Shown here one piece after another: positions 7,045-16,593 of a stretch of 48,974 bases of DNA. The stretch's first letter is position 1. Each line of letters begins with the position of its first letter. A program made the translations under genes and the position numbers. The stretch is taken from NCBI GenBank assembly GCA_046593815.1, contig JBKJQV010000347.1:1-48974 (forward strand), written 5' to 3'. The notes below the pieces were generated by a model. The model was not told where the DNA came from. It ran no database searches and saw nothing but the letters and a program-made list of their open reading frames with translations. The stretch comes from Sediminibacterium sp. GTDB taxonomy: Bacteria; Bacteroidota; Bacteroidia; Chitinophagales; Chitinophagaceae.

Positions 7045-7456
7045 CAAACAATAGGTATATTGAATTGATTAATAAGCAATTATAAAGAGGCACATAGTAA
7101 GTAAAATACATAACAATGAAATTAATATAACATCAAATGTTTACATTTGTATAAGTTTTTAATAACGGTGCAGGTTATATTGGAGAAAAGAATTGGCATC
7201 AAAATCATTCGGCTGAAAAGTGGAGTTAACATTTGTTTTAAATCACACAATTTTGATTCGCCAATATGTGCTAAAGAGGTAATAACGGAATAAAATGCTT
7301 TGTAGAGTGAAATTATTAGTGTAAATTTACGTATCAAAAATATATGTGTAAATTTTCTACATTTTAGTTGCGTATATCGTTGATAGTTAGTATCTTTATG
7401 AGTATAATTACAAAAAAATGAGAACAACAGAAGAAGAAGAGGGTTAAAATCAAAAT

Positions 7457-8941
7457 ATGTATACAATAAGAATAGAAAAAAGGTGTGGACCTGAACTTAG
7501 TGCCATGGGTTATAGTGTGGCGAAATACGCAGATACTTTTAAAACGATAGCCGAATTAATTGCTTATCTTAATGATATATGGAATGACAATATTACATAT
7601 ATAGAGATTAATTCAGATAAAGAGATTATTGATGATAACCATTGTACTATTGTAGTATGTTCTAAGGATAAGCGCGATTCAATGTTCTATATTAACGATT
7701 TGGTATCTTATATTAATTCTCTTGATATATCTTCAGTAAGAAAATTATTCATAAGAGCGAATCAATATAGGTGTGGAGAGGCCACGGTACTTCCTCCATG
7801 TTCTGATGAAGCGAAGTTAGATTTTGAAAGCTTATATTTAATAGAGAAGGAGAATTTAAAGATTGTCACCAAAATTAAAGATGGGTTAAGTAATGCATAC
7901 AAGGAGTTAAACAAAGATTATAATCAGTACAGGGCCAACCAAGCCCATATCTGGGCCAAACATTTGACTGCTAATCCATTACAAGAAAAACAAACAAAAA
8001 TAGAGCTTGTTTCAAAGGGAATAAAGATAGCTGAGCTAGAAAGGCAAGTTGCAAATTTCAAACGTAGATTTGAAGAACAGCGCAGTATAAATGAAAAACT
8101 TAGAGAAGATGCCGAGAAAAAGACTTATCCACCGGGAGGTTATGCCTGTAGCAAAAACAAGGAAGCACCTATGAATACAAAGAGGCCTTTATATTCATTA
8201 ATGAAAGAAATTGTAATAGATGGCATTAAAATATTGATTACCGATATCAGAGAGGAGAATGGCCAATATAGTTACAAATTAGAATTATGGCCGAGACCTG
8301 AATACACACAACAGCATGAAAATATTGTAATAGCCACTTTATATAAGGGAATAAGATTAAACTGGTATACTGAAAAAGCAGTAACTGATTTATTAAAAAT
8401 TGGTGAATTTCCTAAGCCAGAGAACATTGTAAGTCAAAATGCGCCTTTTAGGAAATCGGAAGAAGTAAAAAAAGAAGATAATTCAAAGGGAAAGGATGGA
8501 TTAATTGAAAGGGATTTTTTAGAAAAATTTAAGAACCTAAGCCCAGAAGACAAGGCCTCAGCACAACAATTCGCTGATTCATGTGGAAAGAAGCTAGAGG
8601 AACTAACGATAACGCATTTATTGAACGGTGGTCCTGTAAAGATGACGTTCTCATGCAGCGACATAGATTTAAATAATGTAACGCTATATCCAGAAATGGA
8701 CTGTTCGGCAGTAAAAAAAGAAGAGCCAGATAAGCCTGGGCCTGGTGAAATCCTTAGTAAATATGGAAAAATAGTAACAAGTAATGCATATTCACTTGAC
8801 GGTCTGTTAATTGTGATAAGAAGGGATAGCAAGGATGTAGCTTTTAATATATCTGATTGCAATAAAGCCTATCCAGACTATACAAGACCAGAGATTAGTC
8901 TGATAGATGACGAGATAATAATTTTAAATCTAATAAAATAA
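7457..8941 (+). CDS. Hypothetical protein with central coiled coil
   Basis: 494-aa ORF with no recognised catalytic motif. Confidence 0.75.
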   Translation: MYTIRIEKRCGPELSAMGYSVAKYADTFKTIAELIAYLNDIWNDNITYIEINSDKEIIDDNHCTIVVCSKDKRDSMFYINDLVSYINSLDISSVRKLFIRANQYRCGEATVLPPCSDEAKLDFESLYLIEKENLKIVTKIKDGLSNAYKELNKDYNQYRANQAHIWAKHLTANPLQEKQTKIELVSKGIKIAELERQVANFKRRFEEQRSINEKLREDAEKKTYPPGGYACSKNKEAPMNTKRPLYSLMKEIVIDGIKILITDIREENGQYSYKLELWPRPEYTQQHENIVIATLYKGIRLNWYTEKAVTDLLKIGEFPKPENIVSQNAPFRKSEEVKKEDNSKGKDGLIERDFLEKFKNLSPEDKASAQQFADSCGKKLEELTITHLLNGGPVKMTFSCSDIDLNNVTLYPEMDCSAVKKEEPDKPGPGEILSKYGKIVTSNAYSLDGLLIVIRRDSKDVAFNISDCNKAYPDYTRPEISLIDDEIIILNLIK

Positions 8942-8954
8942 ATCAAAATATCAA

Positions 8955-9515
8955 ATGAAAATTTTTGTAGTACTCAAGGATGAAAATCGTAATCATTGGA
9001 CAAAGAGGATTGGCTATTTTGAATCAATTCCAGATGATGCAATATGTATTTGTAAGAACAAAGAGGCCGCAGACGCTATAAGTGAATTCTTGAATAAGAT
9101 TAATAAGATTAATAAGATAAAGGCTAGTCGCTTAGATGCTAATAAGAGAAAATACTTTTTAGTAAATGGACCTTGTGGCTTACACGTTCATGATATTGTA
9201 CCAGGCGAAGTGACCCCAGAGAACACAATAGGAGAGCTTAAAGACCAAGAAGCAGTAAAGACACTACAAACACATCTAAGCGCTCGTATAGAAGCCCCAG
9301 CGCCTAAATTTGGCTATACTATCTATGAGAATAACGGAAAGTTTCGCTACGAAGCCTATCCATCCACATGTGGAGATACAGAAAACCGCATAGGAGTAGT
9401 CCTAGATCTCCCCTCAGCAACAACCTTAACAAATTATCTAAATCTACCAGACATCCTGGCAACCCATAAATTGCTATTCTCGAAGATCCTATATGCCCTT
9501 ATGGAGGTCCTTTGA
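8955..9515 (+). CDS. Hypothetical protein
   Basis: 186-aa ORF containing a short (NKI)3 tandem. Confidence 0.7.
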   Translation: MKIFVVLKDENRNHWTKRIGYFESIPDDAICICKNKEAADAISEFLNKINKINKIKASRLDANKRKYFLVNGPCGLHVHDIVPGEVTPENTIGELKDQEAVKTLQTHLSARIEAPAPKFGYTIYENNGKFRYEAYPSTCGDTENRIGVVLDLPSATTLTNYLNLPDILATHKLLFSKILYALMEVL

Positions 9516-9608
9516 CCAAACAGCACATCCCACCCTTCAATGGATATACATAGTAACCAACAAGAAGAATACCACTCGTCCCAATAACAACAACGAAATG
9601 ACCCCTTA

Positions 9609-9798
9609 TTGTTAGTAACTTACCACAACTACCTGCAAATCACACCTATACGTATTGCGATTTTGTTAGTAACTTGTTAGTAACTCGTTGTAAAATGTTA
9701 GTAACCCCCCTTTTATCCACATATTCGCACATACAGGCCAATTTTTTTAAACATTTTATCCCACTTTTAACCACTTTCACCCACCTTTTCAAAGGTGG
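9609..9798. repeat. Four GTTAGTAAC palindromic boxes plus a CCACCTTT/AAAGGTGG hairpin in non-coding DNA
   Basis: Boxes start at 9611, 9665, 9676 and 9697; hairpin at 9781-9798. Confidence 0.8.
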
Positions 9799-10033
9799 AA
9801 AAAATTTTTGCGCTTAATTTTCGGGAGAAATAAGTTAAAATATAATGAATAATGATAATAAATTGGAGGATCGTTGACGAATCTGGTGAATAATGTAGGA
9901 ATATGAATGATAATAATATATTGTGAAAGGAAAGTAAATCAAAATATAATATAAGTTTAGGTATGGGAAAATAGGGTAAAGGCAAAAAATCTCCGCAGTG
10001 TGGAACAAATATAATTTGGTTTGATTGCAGAAG

Positions 10034-10064
10034 AAAGCCCCAATGATTTGATCATTGAGGCTTT
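10034..10064. terminator. Hairpin between convergent gene blocks; probable terminator
   Basis: AAAGCCCCAATGAT-TTG-ATCATTGAGGCTTT. Confidence 0.65.
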
Positions 10065-10135
10065 GATTATATTAGTATTTAATTATATTATGATTCCCTT
10101 TCGGGTGGTCCTTTGTTTCTGGTCATAATGGTTTA

Positions 10136-10519
10136 TTAAATTGGTTTGAAGGTAAAGTTTTCAATGTGACCTACGGTATCTATGCGGTTATTGTTTCGTT
10201 TCAGGACATAAGTAAAGGCATTATTTATTAAACAGCCATTGGCAAGCATACAATCTTTAGGGATGATATCTTGAATGATGCTTAGTTGAACGGTTATGTC
10301 TTCAACTTTTAGAAACAGATCCTGTAGATCAGAAGCATGATATACTATTTCATTAGCATTCTCCCCAGTTATTTCTAGTTTATCAAGATTGACATATAGG
10401 ATATCAAGGGGGGTGTATATTACTAGATCTAAGGTAGGCCGTTTACGAATATCATATAGTAAGGTTATTGATAGGCATAGCAAAAGGAATAATGCGGTTA
10501 TTATAAAGAATTTTTTCAT
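10136..10519 (-). CDS. Membrane-anchored hypothetical protein
   Basis: N-terminal MKKFFIITALFLLLCLSITLLY hydrophobic segment. Confidence 0.7.
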   Translation of the reverse strand: MKKFFIITALFLLLCLSITLLYDIRKRPTLDLVIYTPLDILYVNLDKLEITGENANEIVYHASDLQDLFLKVEDITVQLSIIQDIIPKDCMLANGCLINNAFTYVLKRNNNRIDTVGHIENFTFKPI

Positions 10520-10538
10520 TTGTTATTTAAATTGTTAG

Positions 10539-11114
10539 TTAATTAATATCCCATATTTCAATAGGTAAATACTTACGGCATATATTAGCTGTTTCTAATT
10601 GGTTTTTAGTTCTTGCAGCATTAGCATAAGAAGCAGCAATAACAGCAGCATTAGCTGCTGCAAAAGCTGCATCAGCAGCATCATTAGCAGCATTAGCTGC
10701 TGCAAAAGCAGCATCATTAGCTGCATTAACTGCTGCAAAAGCAGCATCATTAGCTGCAAAATCATCAGCAAAAGCAGCAGCATTAGCAGCATCAGCCGCC
10801 TTAACAGCATCAGCAGCAGCAACCTTTAATTGCTCTATTTCTATCTCTCCATTTCCAAAAGCAATAGCCGCCTTAACAGCATCTATTGATCTTTGATCAC
10901 TCATTAGGTGTGATACAGTAGCTGCACAATGGCCTTTTGTCAAAGTTAACTCTCGTAAATTATTTGGATTAACTTTTTTATAAAGCCATAACAACCAATC
11001 ACCACGTTGGCAATCATCAAAAACTTCTTGCCATGTTTTATCTTGTGCCCATAGCTTTGCATCATGACAGGCATTGTGCTTTTTTAATAATTCTTGAAAT
11101 TCAAAAGTATTCAT
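10539..11114 (-). CDS. Phage protein with Ala-rich low-complexity repeat
   Basis: HNAC...RGDWLLWL N-terminal domain, DQRSIDAVKAA motif, then AANDAAFAA-type repeats (~10614-10822). Confidence 0.8.
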   Translation of the reverse strand: MNTFEFQELLKKHNACHDAKLWAQDKTWQEVFDDCQRGDWLLWLYKKVNPNNLRELTLTKGHCAATVSHLMSDQRSIDAVKAAIAFGNGEIEIEQLKVAAADAVKAADAANAAAFADDFAANDAAFAAVNAANDAAFAAANAANDAADAAFAAANAAVIAASYANAARTKNQLETANICRKYLPIEIWDIN

Positions 11115-11120
11115 ATTTGG

Positions 11121-11237
11121 TTAAGATTTTTTGGTGAGTCGTTGACGAATCCAATTGATAATTTCCGAACGGTTTACTATTGCGATCCAAGATAGGACCA
11201 CAATAATATTAATTAGATAAAGATAATGTAAATTCAT
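11121..11237 (-). CDS. Putative 38-aa membrane peptide
   Basis: Own translation: MNLHYLYLINIIVVLSWIAIVNRSEIINWIRQRLTKKS. Confidence 0.4.
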   Translation of the reverse strand: MNLHYLYLINIIVVLSWIAIVNRSEIINWIRQRLTKKS

Positions 11238-11275
11238 GATATGTTTGTATATTGTGGTTAAATTAAAAATCAAAT

Positions 11276-11608
11276 ATGAGTAGTTTACAAGTTAGCGGTA
11301 TATTGGTTGAAGTTGGGTTGTTGCAGGAAGTAAGCCCAAAGTTTAAGAAACGAGATTTGATCGTTGATACTGGAGGCGAATATCCGCAGGTAATACGATT
11401 TGAGGCACAGAATGAGATGTGCGATGCTTTGGAAGGGGTTGAAGTTGGTAAGTACATAACTGTTAGTTTTTCATTACGTGGTCAAAGATGGAAAGATACT
11501 GTAATCAATACGTTAAAGGCTTATAAAATAGATGGATTGGTCAAGTCTCAGGTAGCGCCAATTGAGGCGGTAGCCGTTGACGAATCCATTGACAAATTGC
11601 CGTTTTAA
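11276..11608 (+). CDS. DUF3127-like OB-fold ssDNA-binding protein
   Basis: FKKRDLIV...EYPQVIRFE...VSFSLRG..W...NTLKAYKI and an SSB-like DKLPF tail. Confidence 0.85.
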   Translation: MSSLQVSGILVEVGLLQEVSPKFKKRDLIVDTGGEYPQVIRFEAQNEMCDALEGVEVGKYITVSFSLRGQRWKDTVINTLKAYKIDGLVKSQVAPIEAVAVDESIDKLPF

Positions 11609-11958
11609 TGGAAGTCAATCGGTTCATTTAGTTTTATGGCAAGTTTGCAACCATCACGAAATCGTATTAATTGATCTATGAAACCAATATAAGGGATACC
11701 GGTTTTATGTATATTTAGGACAATAAGGTCTAAGCCTTTAACAATTTGTTCAGCTTCTTTGACGGACAATTCACCGTCACAGTCTGAATGATTGAGTAAT
11801 GGAATCAAATCGTGTTTAATAGATTCAAGATCCATTGTTCCTCCGAATCCTAAACATTGATCAAGGTCAATATCTATTAACTTAGCTAAGGAACGACGGA
11901 AAGTATAGAATGAGTTATACGATCCATGCCAAGCATTATGAGAAGTATCTAAGCCCAT
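11605..11958 (-). CDS. Hypothetical phage protein
   Basis: MGLD...GSYNSF..FR...LLNHSDCDGEL motif. Confidence 0.8.
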   Translation of the reverse strand: MGLDTSHNAWHGSYNSFYTFRRSLAKLIDIDLDQCLGFGGTMDLESIKHDLIPLLNHSDCDGELSVKEAEQIVKGLDLIVLNIHKTGIPYIGFIDQLIRFRDGCKLAIKLNEPIDFH

Positions 11959-12167
11959 GGTAATAATATTTGAGGGTGATAACCATCTTTAACGATTAAA
12001 GCTTTTTTAAGTTCTTTGAGTGAATATTTTTTTGAGTTGTAGACGAATCCGTCATGGAATACGTATTTGCCTATGTATCTGGCAATCCACATTCTAGCTT
12101 CTGAATGGGTGTGGACATTTTTAAGGGGTTCGCCTGTAATGGTATTTAGTATATGGTATCTGTTCAT
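11949..12167 (-). CDS. Hypothetical protein
   Basis: Overlaps both neighbours in the minus-strand gene run. Confidence 0.6.
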   Translation of the reverse strand: MNRYHILNTITGEPLKNVHTHSEARMWIARYIGKYVFHDGFVYNSKKYSLKELKKALIVKDGYHPQILLPWA

Positions 12168-12742
12168 GAGTAGGTAAGTTTAAAATTTTGTGAGTAATTG
12201 TTTGGTGTAAAGTCTTCAAATGTTATTCCATTGATGGAATGATCAAGGCCTCCAAGTAGATTGGATATTTCGGTACGTTGGCACGTTGACGGATTAGGCC
12301 CCTTGATTGGCATTAGTTTTAGAATTTCTTCCATATTTGCGAGTGCGGAGATAAATTTGTCTTTAGTCTGCTCATACTGTCTTTGTTGCGCTGTTTTACC
12401 ATCATCTACAAATATGCTTAGTAAGTTTGCTTTCCAATCTATAAAGTCTTGAACACCAATTGATGCACCAATTTCATTTCTATATCTTTCATCTTCTAAG
12501 TGCATTCTTAATTCATCGTCAATATTAATGTCATTTACTCTTTCATTAAATAACTCGATAAAATGTTTTGCATTTTTAGGGCTCATTTCGCTATTCCTAA
12601 AATCAATAAACACGATTTGGTTTACGCCAGCATCTGTATAGGTATTTAGTTCATACCCACAAAGTTTATTGTTCTCTTTGTATGCATCAACTGTAATACC
12701 ACACTCATTTAATTTTTCAATTGCTTCGTTAACGGTTTTCAT
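12164..12742 (-). CDS. Hypothetical protein
   Basis: 192-aa ORF, tightly packed with neighbours. Confidence 0.75.
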   Translation of the reverse strand: MKTVNEAIEKLNECGITVDAYKENNKLCGYELNTYTDAGVNQIVFIDFRNSEMSPKNAKHFIELFNERVNDINIDDELRMHLEDERYRNEIGASIGVQDFIDWKANLLSIFVDDGKTAQQRQYEQTKDKFISALANMEEILKLMPIKGPNPSTCQRTEISNLLGGLDHSINGITFEDFTPNNYSQNFKLTYS

Positions 12743-13010
12743 TTCTTGGTATTAGTTTAATGGTTCGGACAATATCGTCATTTTTTAGTTTATTCTTTTT
12801 GATTAGGATTTTATCTGTTATAAAAGTCAATGGGCCATAAAATGGATGGTCATATATATGATCTTTTACTTTTAATATAGATAGGCTTTCCTCAGTCTCA
12901 TTTGTATTAAAATGCCTTTTAGCGGCCTTTGCTATGGCACAGTTACATGGCTCTTTGAATCGTGTATTTTTGTAATCAATTGCTAGTAAATTTAAATTTA
13001 TTTCTTGCAT
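12729..13010 (-). CDS. Hypothetical protein
   Basis: PCNCAIAKA motif; tightly packed with neighbours. Confidence 0.7.
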   Translation of the reverse strand: MQEINLNLLAIDYKNTRFKEPCNCAIAKAAKRHFNTNETEESLSILKVKDHIYDHPFYGPLTFITDKILIKKNKLKNDDIVRTIKLIPRNENR

Positions 13011-13025
13011 TGTTTTTATTATTGT

Positions 13026-13041
13026 GGGGGCTTTCGCCCCC
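13026..13041 (-). other. Intergenic GC-rich hairpin with GAAA tetraloop on the transcribed strand
   Basis: GGGGGC-GAAA-GCCCCC on the minus strand with no following U-tract. Confidence 0.55.
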
Positions 13042-13049
13042 CTTGTTAA

Positions 13050-14057
13050 TTAATATTTTGCGCTTTGTTGTAAATGTAACGGTATATTTGTTTTGAATAG
13101 CTCGTTGACGGCATTAATACTGTCCGCTGTGATAAATCGCTGCCATACTTGATTTGTAGGGGACCATTTAAAGGCCTTTCTCTTTAGTGCGCTTCTTACC
13201 TCTTCTGAGGGTTTAACGTCATGTGTAATTTGTATGCGGTTGTCCGGATAATTTACAAACACGTTGCCTCCTTCAAATTCATAGGTAAGTGAATCAGGGT
13301 TTTCCTTAGTTTCTTGTATCCTGTTTTCTCTTTGTTCTAATTCTGCTATTCTCTTTTCGTTGTATTTAATGTTAGCACCTAGATTGGTTAGCACGAAGGA
13401 AGCGAATCCAATTCTACCCGCATAGTCCCGTTCTAATAGGCTATCTACATTTGATGAACGGCTAAGTTTTTCCAAGTTATTTTTTGCAAAATAATCTAAT
13501 AGCAAGGGCCGTAATACTTCATTGTTGCCAAAGTGTTTTTTAATAATGACATTCAAGGCTTTTATATGCGTTTTTGTTTCGTTGTCTTTTACCACTTGCC
13601 GTTTTAGTCTTTCGATTTCTTCATTCAATGGTAGCGGCTTTGGGGCTGTCGTTTTAATAATGGCCGTCATTGACTTTTCTCTAAACTCTTTGAAAATCGT
13701 ATAATGTCGGTCTTCAGATCTTCTTTTTTTCTCTTGTTGTCGAGCAGGATAGCCGCTAGGACCTGTAATCATTGCAGATAATATTCCTGATCTGGCATTT
13801 AGCCAATTTGCAAAAAATGATTTATACCGGTATATGTACTTTTCGATCAATTCAGGCTCAACGCCTTTACTTTTAAAGAGATCAATGTTTGCGGTTAATT
13901 CTTCTGAATAATCTCTTATCATTTGTTTACCTCTCTTCTCAGGGTCAAATGACGTTCCATGGTGGGCACGCTCTGCCCGTTGTAAGAATTCCGCTAAAAT
14001 TAACGTTTCTTCTTGTGTCGTTGTCGAATCTGTTGTCATTTCAAATAAATTGTTCAT
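13050..14057 (-). CDS. DUF3560-like / polyvalent-protein-associated protein
   Basis: SFDPEKRG, SAMITGPSGYP and C-terminal LKRKAFKWSPTNQVWQR motifs. Confidence 0.65.
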   Translation of the reverse strand: MNNLFEMTTDSTTTQEETLILAEFLQRAERAHHGTSFDPEKRGKQMIRDYSEELTANIDLFKSKGVEPELIEKYIYRYKSFFANWLNARSGILSAMITGPSGYPARQQEKKRRSEDRHYTIFKEFREKSMTAIIKTTAPKPLPLNEEIERLKRQVVKDNETKTHIKALNVIIKKHFGNNEVLRPLLLDYFAKNNLEKLSRSSNVDSLLERDYAGRIGFASFVLTNLGANIKYNEKRIAELEQRENRIQETKENPDSLTYEFEGGNVFVNYPDNRIQITHDVKPSEEVRSALKRKAFKWSPTNQVWQRFITADSINAVNELFKTNIPLHLQQSAKY

Positions 14058-14171
14058 ATTTAATTATTTTGATTATTAAAATAAAAGTTATTAATTACAA
14101 AATTTGCGTGTCCTTCCCTAATAGATAATGAGTTGCGCAGTTAAGCTAATGAGTACTTTTGTATATTTGTA

Positions 14172-14498
14172 TTAATCTAAGCTATTTTCCAGCCTTTTGA
14201 TCTTATCCTTTGCGGCTTTTAGTTCTAATTCTAGCTCATCAACTTTCGCAAAGCGAAAATAATAATTAGAATCTTGCAAAGCAGCTTCCGCTACTTGTTC
14301 AATTTCTGATATATCCCATTCGCAAAATTTGGAAATAATAACCCCTAATACTGTAAGGTTACAAGAACGGCTTTTAAATTCTTGGCTTCTCTTATAATCA
14401 GGGGTATACATTATCTCTTTGATCTCGTTAATCAAAGAAGTTAACTTTTCCTGGATTATTGCTTCGCTGCTTCCCTTTGGGTAAATTGTTGTGTTCAT
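14172..14498 (-). CDS. Hypothetical protein
   Basis: 108-aa ORF with a coiled-coil C-terminus. Confidence 0.7.
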   Translation of the reverse strand: MNTTIYPKGSSEAIIQEKLTSLINEIKEIMYTPDYKRSQEFKSRSCNLTVLGVIISKFCEWDISEIEQVAEAALQDSNYYFRFAKVDELELELKAAKDKIKRLENSLD

Positions 14499-14521
14499 TT
14501 TTATAAGTTTTAATTGTTGTG

Positions 14522-14992
14522 TTAAAATAATCCTTCGTCAGCCATCGACAAATGAGATTCCGCAGTAATAATAATATGATCTAGCAATTTAAGATCTAAG
14601 ATTTTAGCTCCTTGATTTATTTTCGTGCTCAAGGCTATATCCGATTGACTGGCTTGTAAATTGCCACTTGGGTGATTATGGCATAATATTATCCCACTTG
14701 CATTGGCATTTAACGCCAATTGAAAAACTACTTTCGGATCGCACATGGTGCCAGTCGTTCCACCTTGTGAAATCTTGGCCCAACCTATGACCTCGTTATT
14801 TCGGTTTAATAGTAAAACCGCCATACTCTCTCTGTATTCGATTTGATTGTCATCAAATACAGACCGTAATAATGGCATACAGTCCTGAGATCTTAACACT
14901 TTTGTTCGGTCTTCTTTTTTGATCTTTGATTTGTATGATAGTTCCACCTCCGACATTAGCGGCATTTTCTCGATTTTAAATAATGTTTTCAT
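14522..14992 (-). CDS. radC: RadC-like JAB-domain protein
   Basis: E....LLLNRNNEVIG, HNHPSG...S..D and LLDHIII motifs. Confidence 0.92.
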   Translation of the reverse strand: MKTLFKIEKMPLMSEVELSYKSKIKKEDRTKVLRSQDCMPLLRSVFDDNQIEYRESMAVLLLNRNNEVIGWAKISQGGTTGTMCDPKVVFQLALNANASGIILCHNHPSGNLQASQSDIALSTKINQGAKILDLKLLDHIIITAESHLSMADEGLF

Positions 14993-14993
14993 G

Positions 14994-15305
14994 TTAATTT
15001 GTCTTAATGTTATATAATGATTTACCTCCTTTACTTTCTCTTATCCCTATTATGCAATGCGTTAATATTGCCCCACCGCCAAGGCTTCTCGAATTGTATA
15101 TTAATATAGGAATTTTGATATTTCCCGTTGACCTGCTAATCCGTCCTTTAATACCGTATTCTTCGTTCCAACTTTTACCGGTTTTCCTATCGCCATAATC
15201 TAATACTATTCTTGTCTTATTAAGTCTGCATTTTTCTAACACTTCAATTACTTGAATATGGGTTTTACTGTTATAGTGGGTTTCATTTTTAATCGTGTAT
15301 TTCAT
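14994..15305 (-). CDS. Hypothetical phage protein (start revised to MKYTIK)
   Basis: YGDRKTGKSW..E....GRISRSTG.IKIPIL....RS.GGGAIL motif. Confidence 0.75.
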   Translation of the reverse strand: MKYTIKNETHYNSKTHIQVIEVLEKCRLNKTRIVLDYGDRKTGKSWNEEYGIKGRISRSTGNIKIPILIYNSRSLGGGAILTHCIIGIRESKGGKSLYNIKTN

Positions 15306-15306
15306 G

Positions 15307-15600
15307 TTATTTGGTTTTATATATTTTATTTCCTTTTGCATTTATGCAAAATTGTCCACCTCTTGGACCTGTGCACCAATTAACGGTCTTACTTGCAGGA
15401 ACTAAGCAATTGCATGATCCATCATTTATTATGGTTTTTGGCTTGTAGTGTTTATTACCGTCTGCTTTGGTGCAATACGTGCCGCCCTTCGCACCTGTGC
15501 ACCAATCAATAGTATTTTTTATTGGTGTTGCACAATTGCAACTTTGAGCGTTCATATTGAACGCTACTAAATTGAATAAAATAAAGATTGAAATTTTCAT
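15307..15600 (-). CDS. Small secreted protein with two Cys-rich TGPRGG-type repeats
   Basis: Signal peptide MKISIFILFNLVAFNMNA-Q followed by two SCNC...WCTG..GG..C....GNK.Y units. Confidence 0.75.
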   Translation of the reverse strand: MKISIFILFNLVAFNMNAQSCNCATPIKNTIDWCTGAKGGTYCTKADGNKHYKPKTIINDGSCNCLVPASKTVNWCTGPRGGQFCINAKGNKIYKTK

Positions 15601-15636
15601 ATTATGTAATTTATTTGTTATGATTAATTGATAGGA

Positions 15637-15644
15637 CAAAGATA
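15637..15644 (-). promoter_or_regulatory. -7 promoter box for the minus-strand gene block
   Basis: TATCTTTG on the minus strand, 36 nt upstream of ATG 15600. Confidence 0.7.
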
Positions 15645-16076
15645 CAACGGCTAACTACAATTTCCTAATTATTTAATAATTATTTTTTAAATATCTTATA
15701 ATTTTATTATCGTAATACGTACCGGCTTGACATTCACTAACTTACAATAAGGCCAAATGGCATTTATTTTTTACCATCACTCATATTTCATTCCGAAATA
15801 TGGAATACAGAAAAACCTATATACCTATATACCTATATTATATATACATACTGTTCTTTATAGTTTATAGCATATATAATAAGCTTCTACTGTCCTTTTT
15901 GCTTTTGCTTTTACTTTTTTATTTGTTCTTTTTTTTTTCAGATTTCGATTCGAAAAATTGATAACGGGGGGGGCCGGAAAATTTCCCAATTCGCGCGGAA
16001 AGCGGGTTTTATCATTATATTTTAGGTAGGTTTTCGAAAAAGATAGTTAATGGCTAGGTAAATATGAAGAAATGCG

Positions 16077-16084
16077 TATCTTTG
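16077..16084 (+). promoter_or_regulatory. -7 promoter box for the rightward gene block
   Basis: TATCTTTG upstream of ATG 16138. Confidence 0.7.
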
Positions 16085-16137
16085 TCAAGTTATTAAGTGA
16101 TAAGTAATAAAATTTAGTTATTTTAAAAGAAACGATA

Positions 16138-16320
16138 ATGAAAGAGATAAATTTATTTATACGGAGCAAGTCAGGGAGGGTAATGTTATTTGTGTTGGTT
16201 GGAATTGTTGGGGTAAATTTGTGGAACAGGGCTGTTACGCCTGCGTGGGCATTTTTGTTGATTGGATTTCAGGTTGGGGTGTTAGTGTTGGGTTGGTATT
16301 TTATAAATAAGAGAAGATGA
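16138..16320 (+). CDS. Small two-transmembrane protein
   Basis: Two hydrophobic helices; ATGA overlap with the next gene. Confidence 0.65.
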   Translation: MKEINLFIRSKSGRVMLFVLVGIVGVNLWNRAVTPAWAFLLIGFQVGVLVLGWYFINKRR

Positions 16321-16562
16321 ATAGTGTAAAATGGTATAAGAGGAAGGGGAGTGTTAGTCTTAATGAGTTTGAGTCGGCACGTTTATTTGGATCTGCGAAA
16401 TACGAGGAGGAGGTTATAGATGGGTTGCTTGTATATGAAACTCTTAATAAGGAGTTAGATGTGAGGAAGAAGAGACTAAAAATCAGGGAGCAGGAAATTT
16501 TGGAAAGGGAATTGCAGATAAAATTGGAGGCAGAGAAGGAGAAGTGTGAATTTATGAGATAA
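16317..16562 (+). CDS. Hypothetical coiled-coil protein
   Basis: ORF track; overlapping start/stop. Confidence 0.65.
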   Translation: MNSVKWYKRKGSVSLNEFESARLFGSAKYEEEVIDGLLVYETLNKELDVRKKRLKIREQEILERELQIKLEAEKEKCEFMR

Positions 16563-16593
16563 GTGTGTATAGGGTTATCAAAAATAAAATAAA

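Noticed and set aside
7045-7456. A seventh attC-like site closing the last cassette
   Set aside because: ACATAAC at ~7108 matches the 6289 start only weakly and no stem follows.
10595-10829. Poly-Leu/Met and Ser/Ile/Cys ORFs
   Set aside because: They are alternative frames of the Ala-rich repeat.
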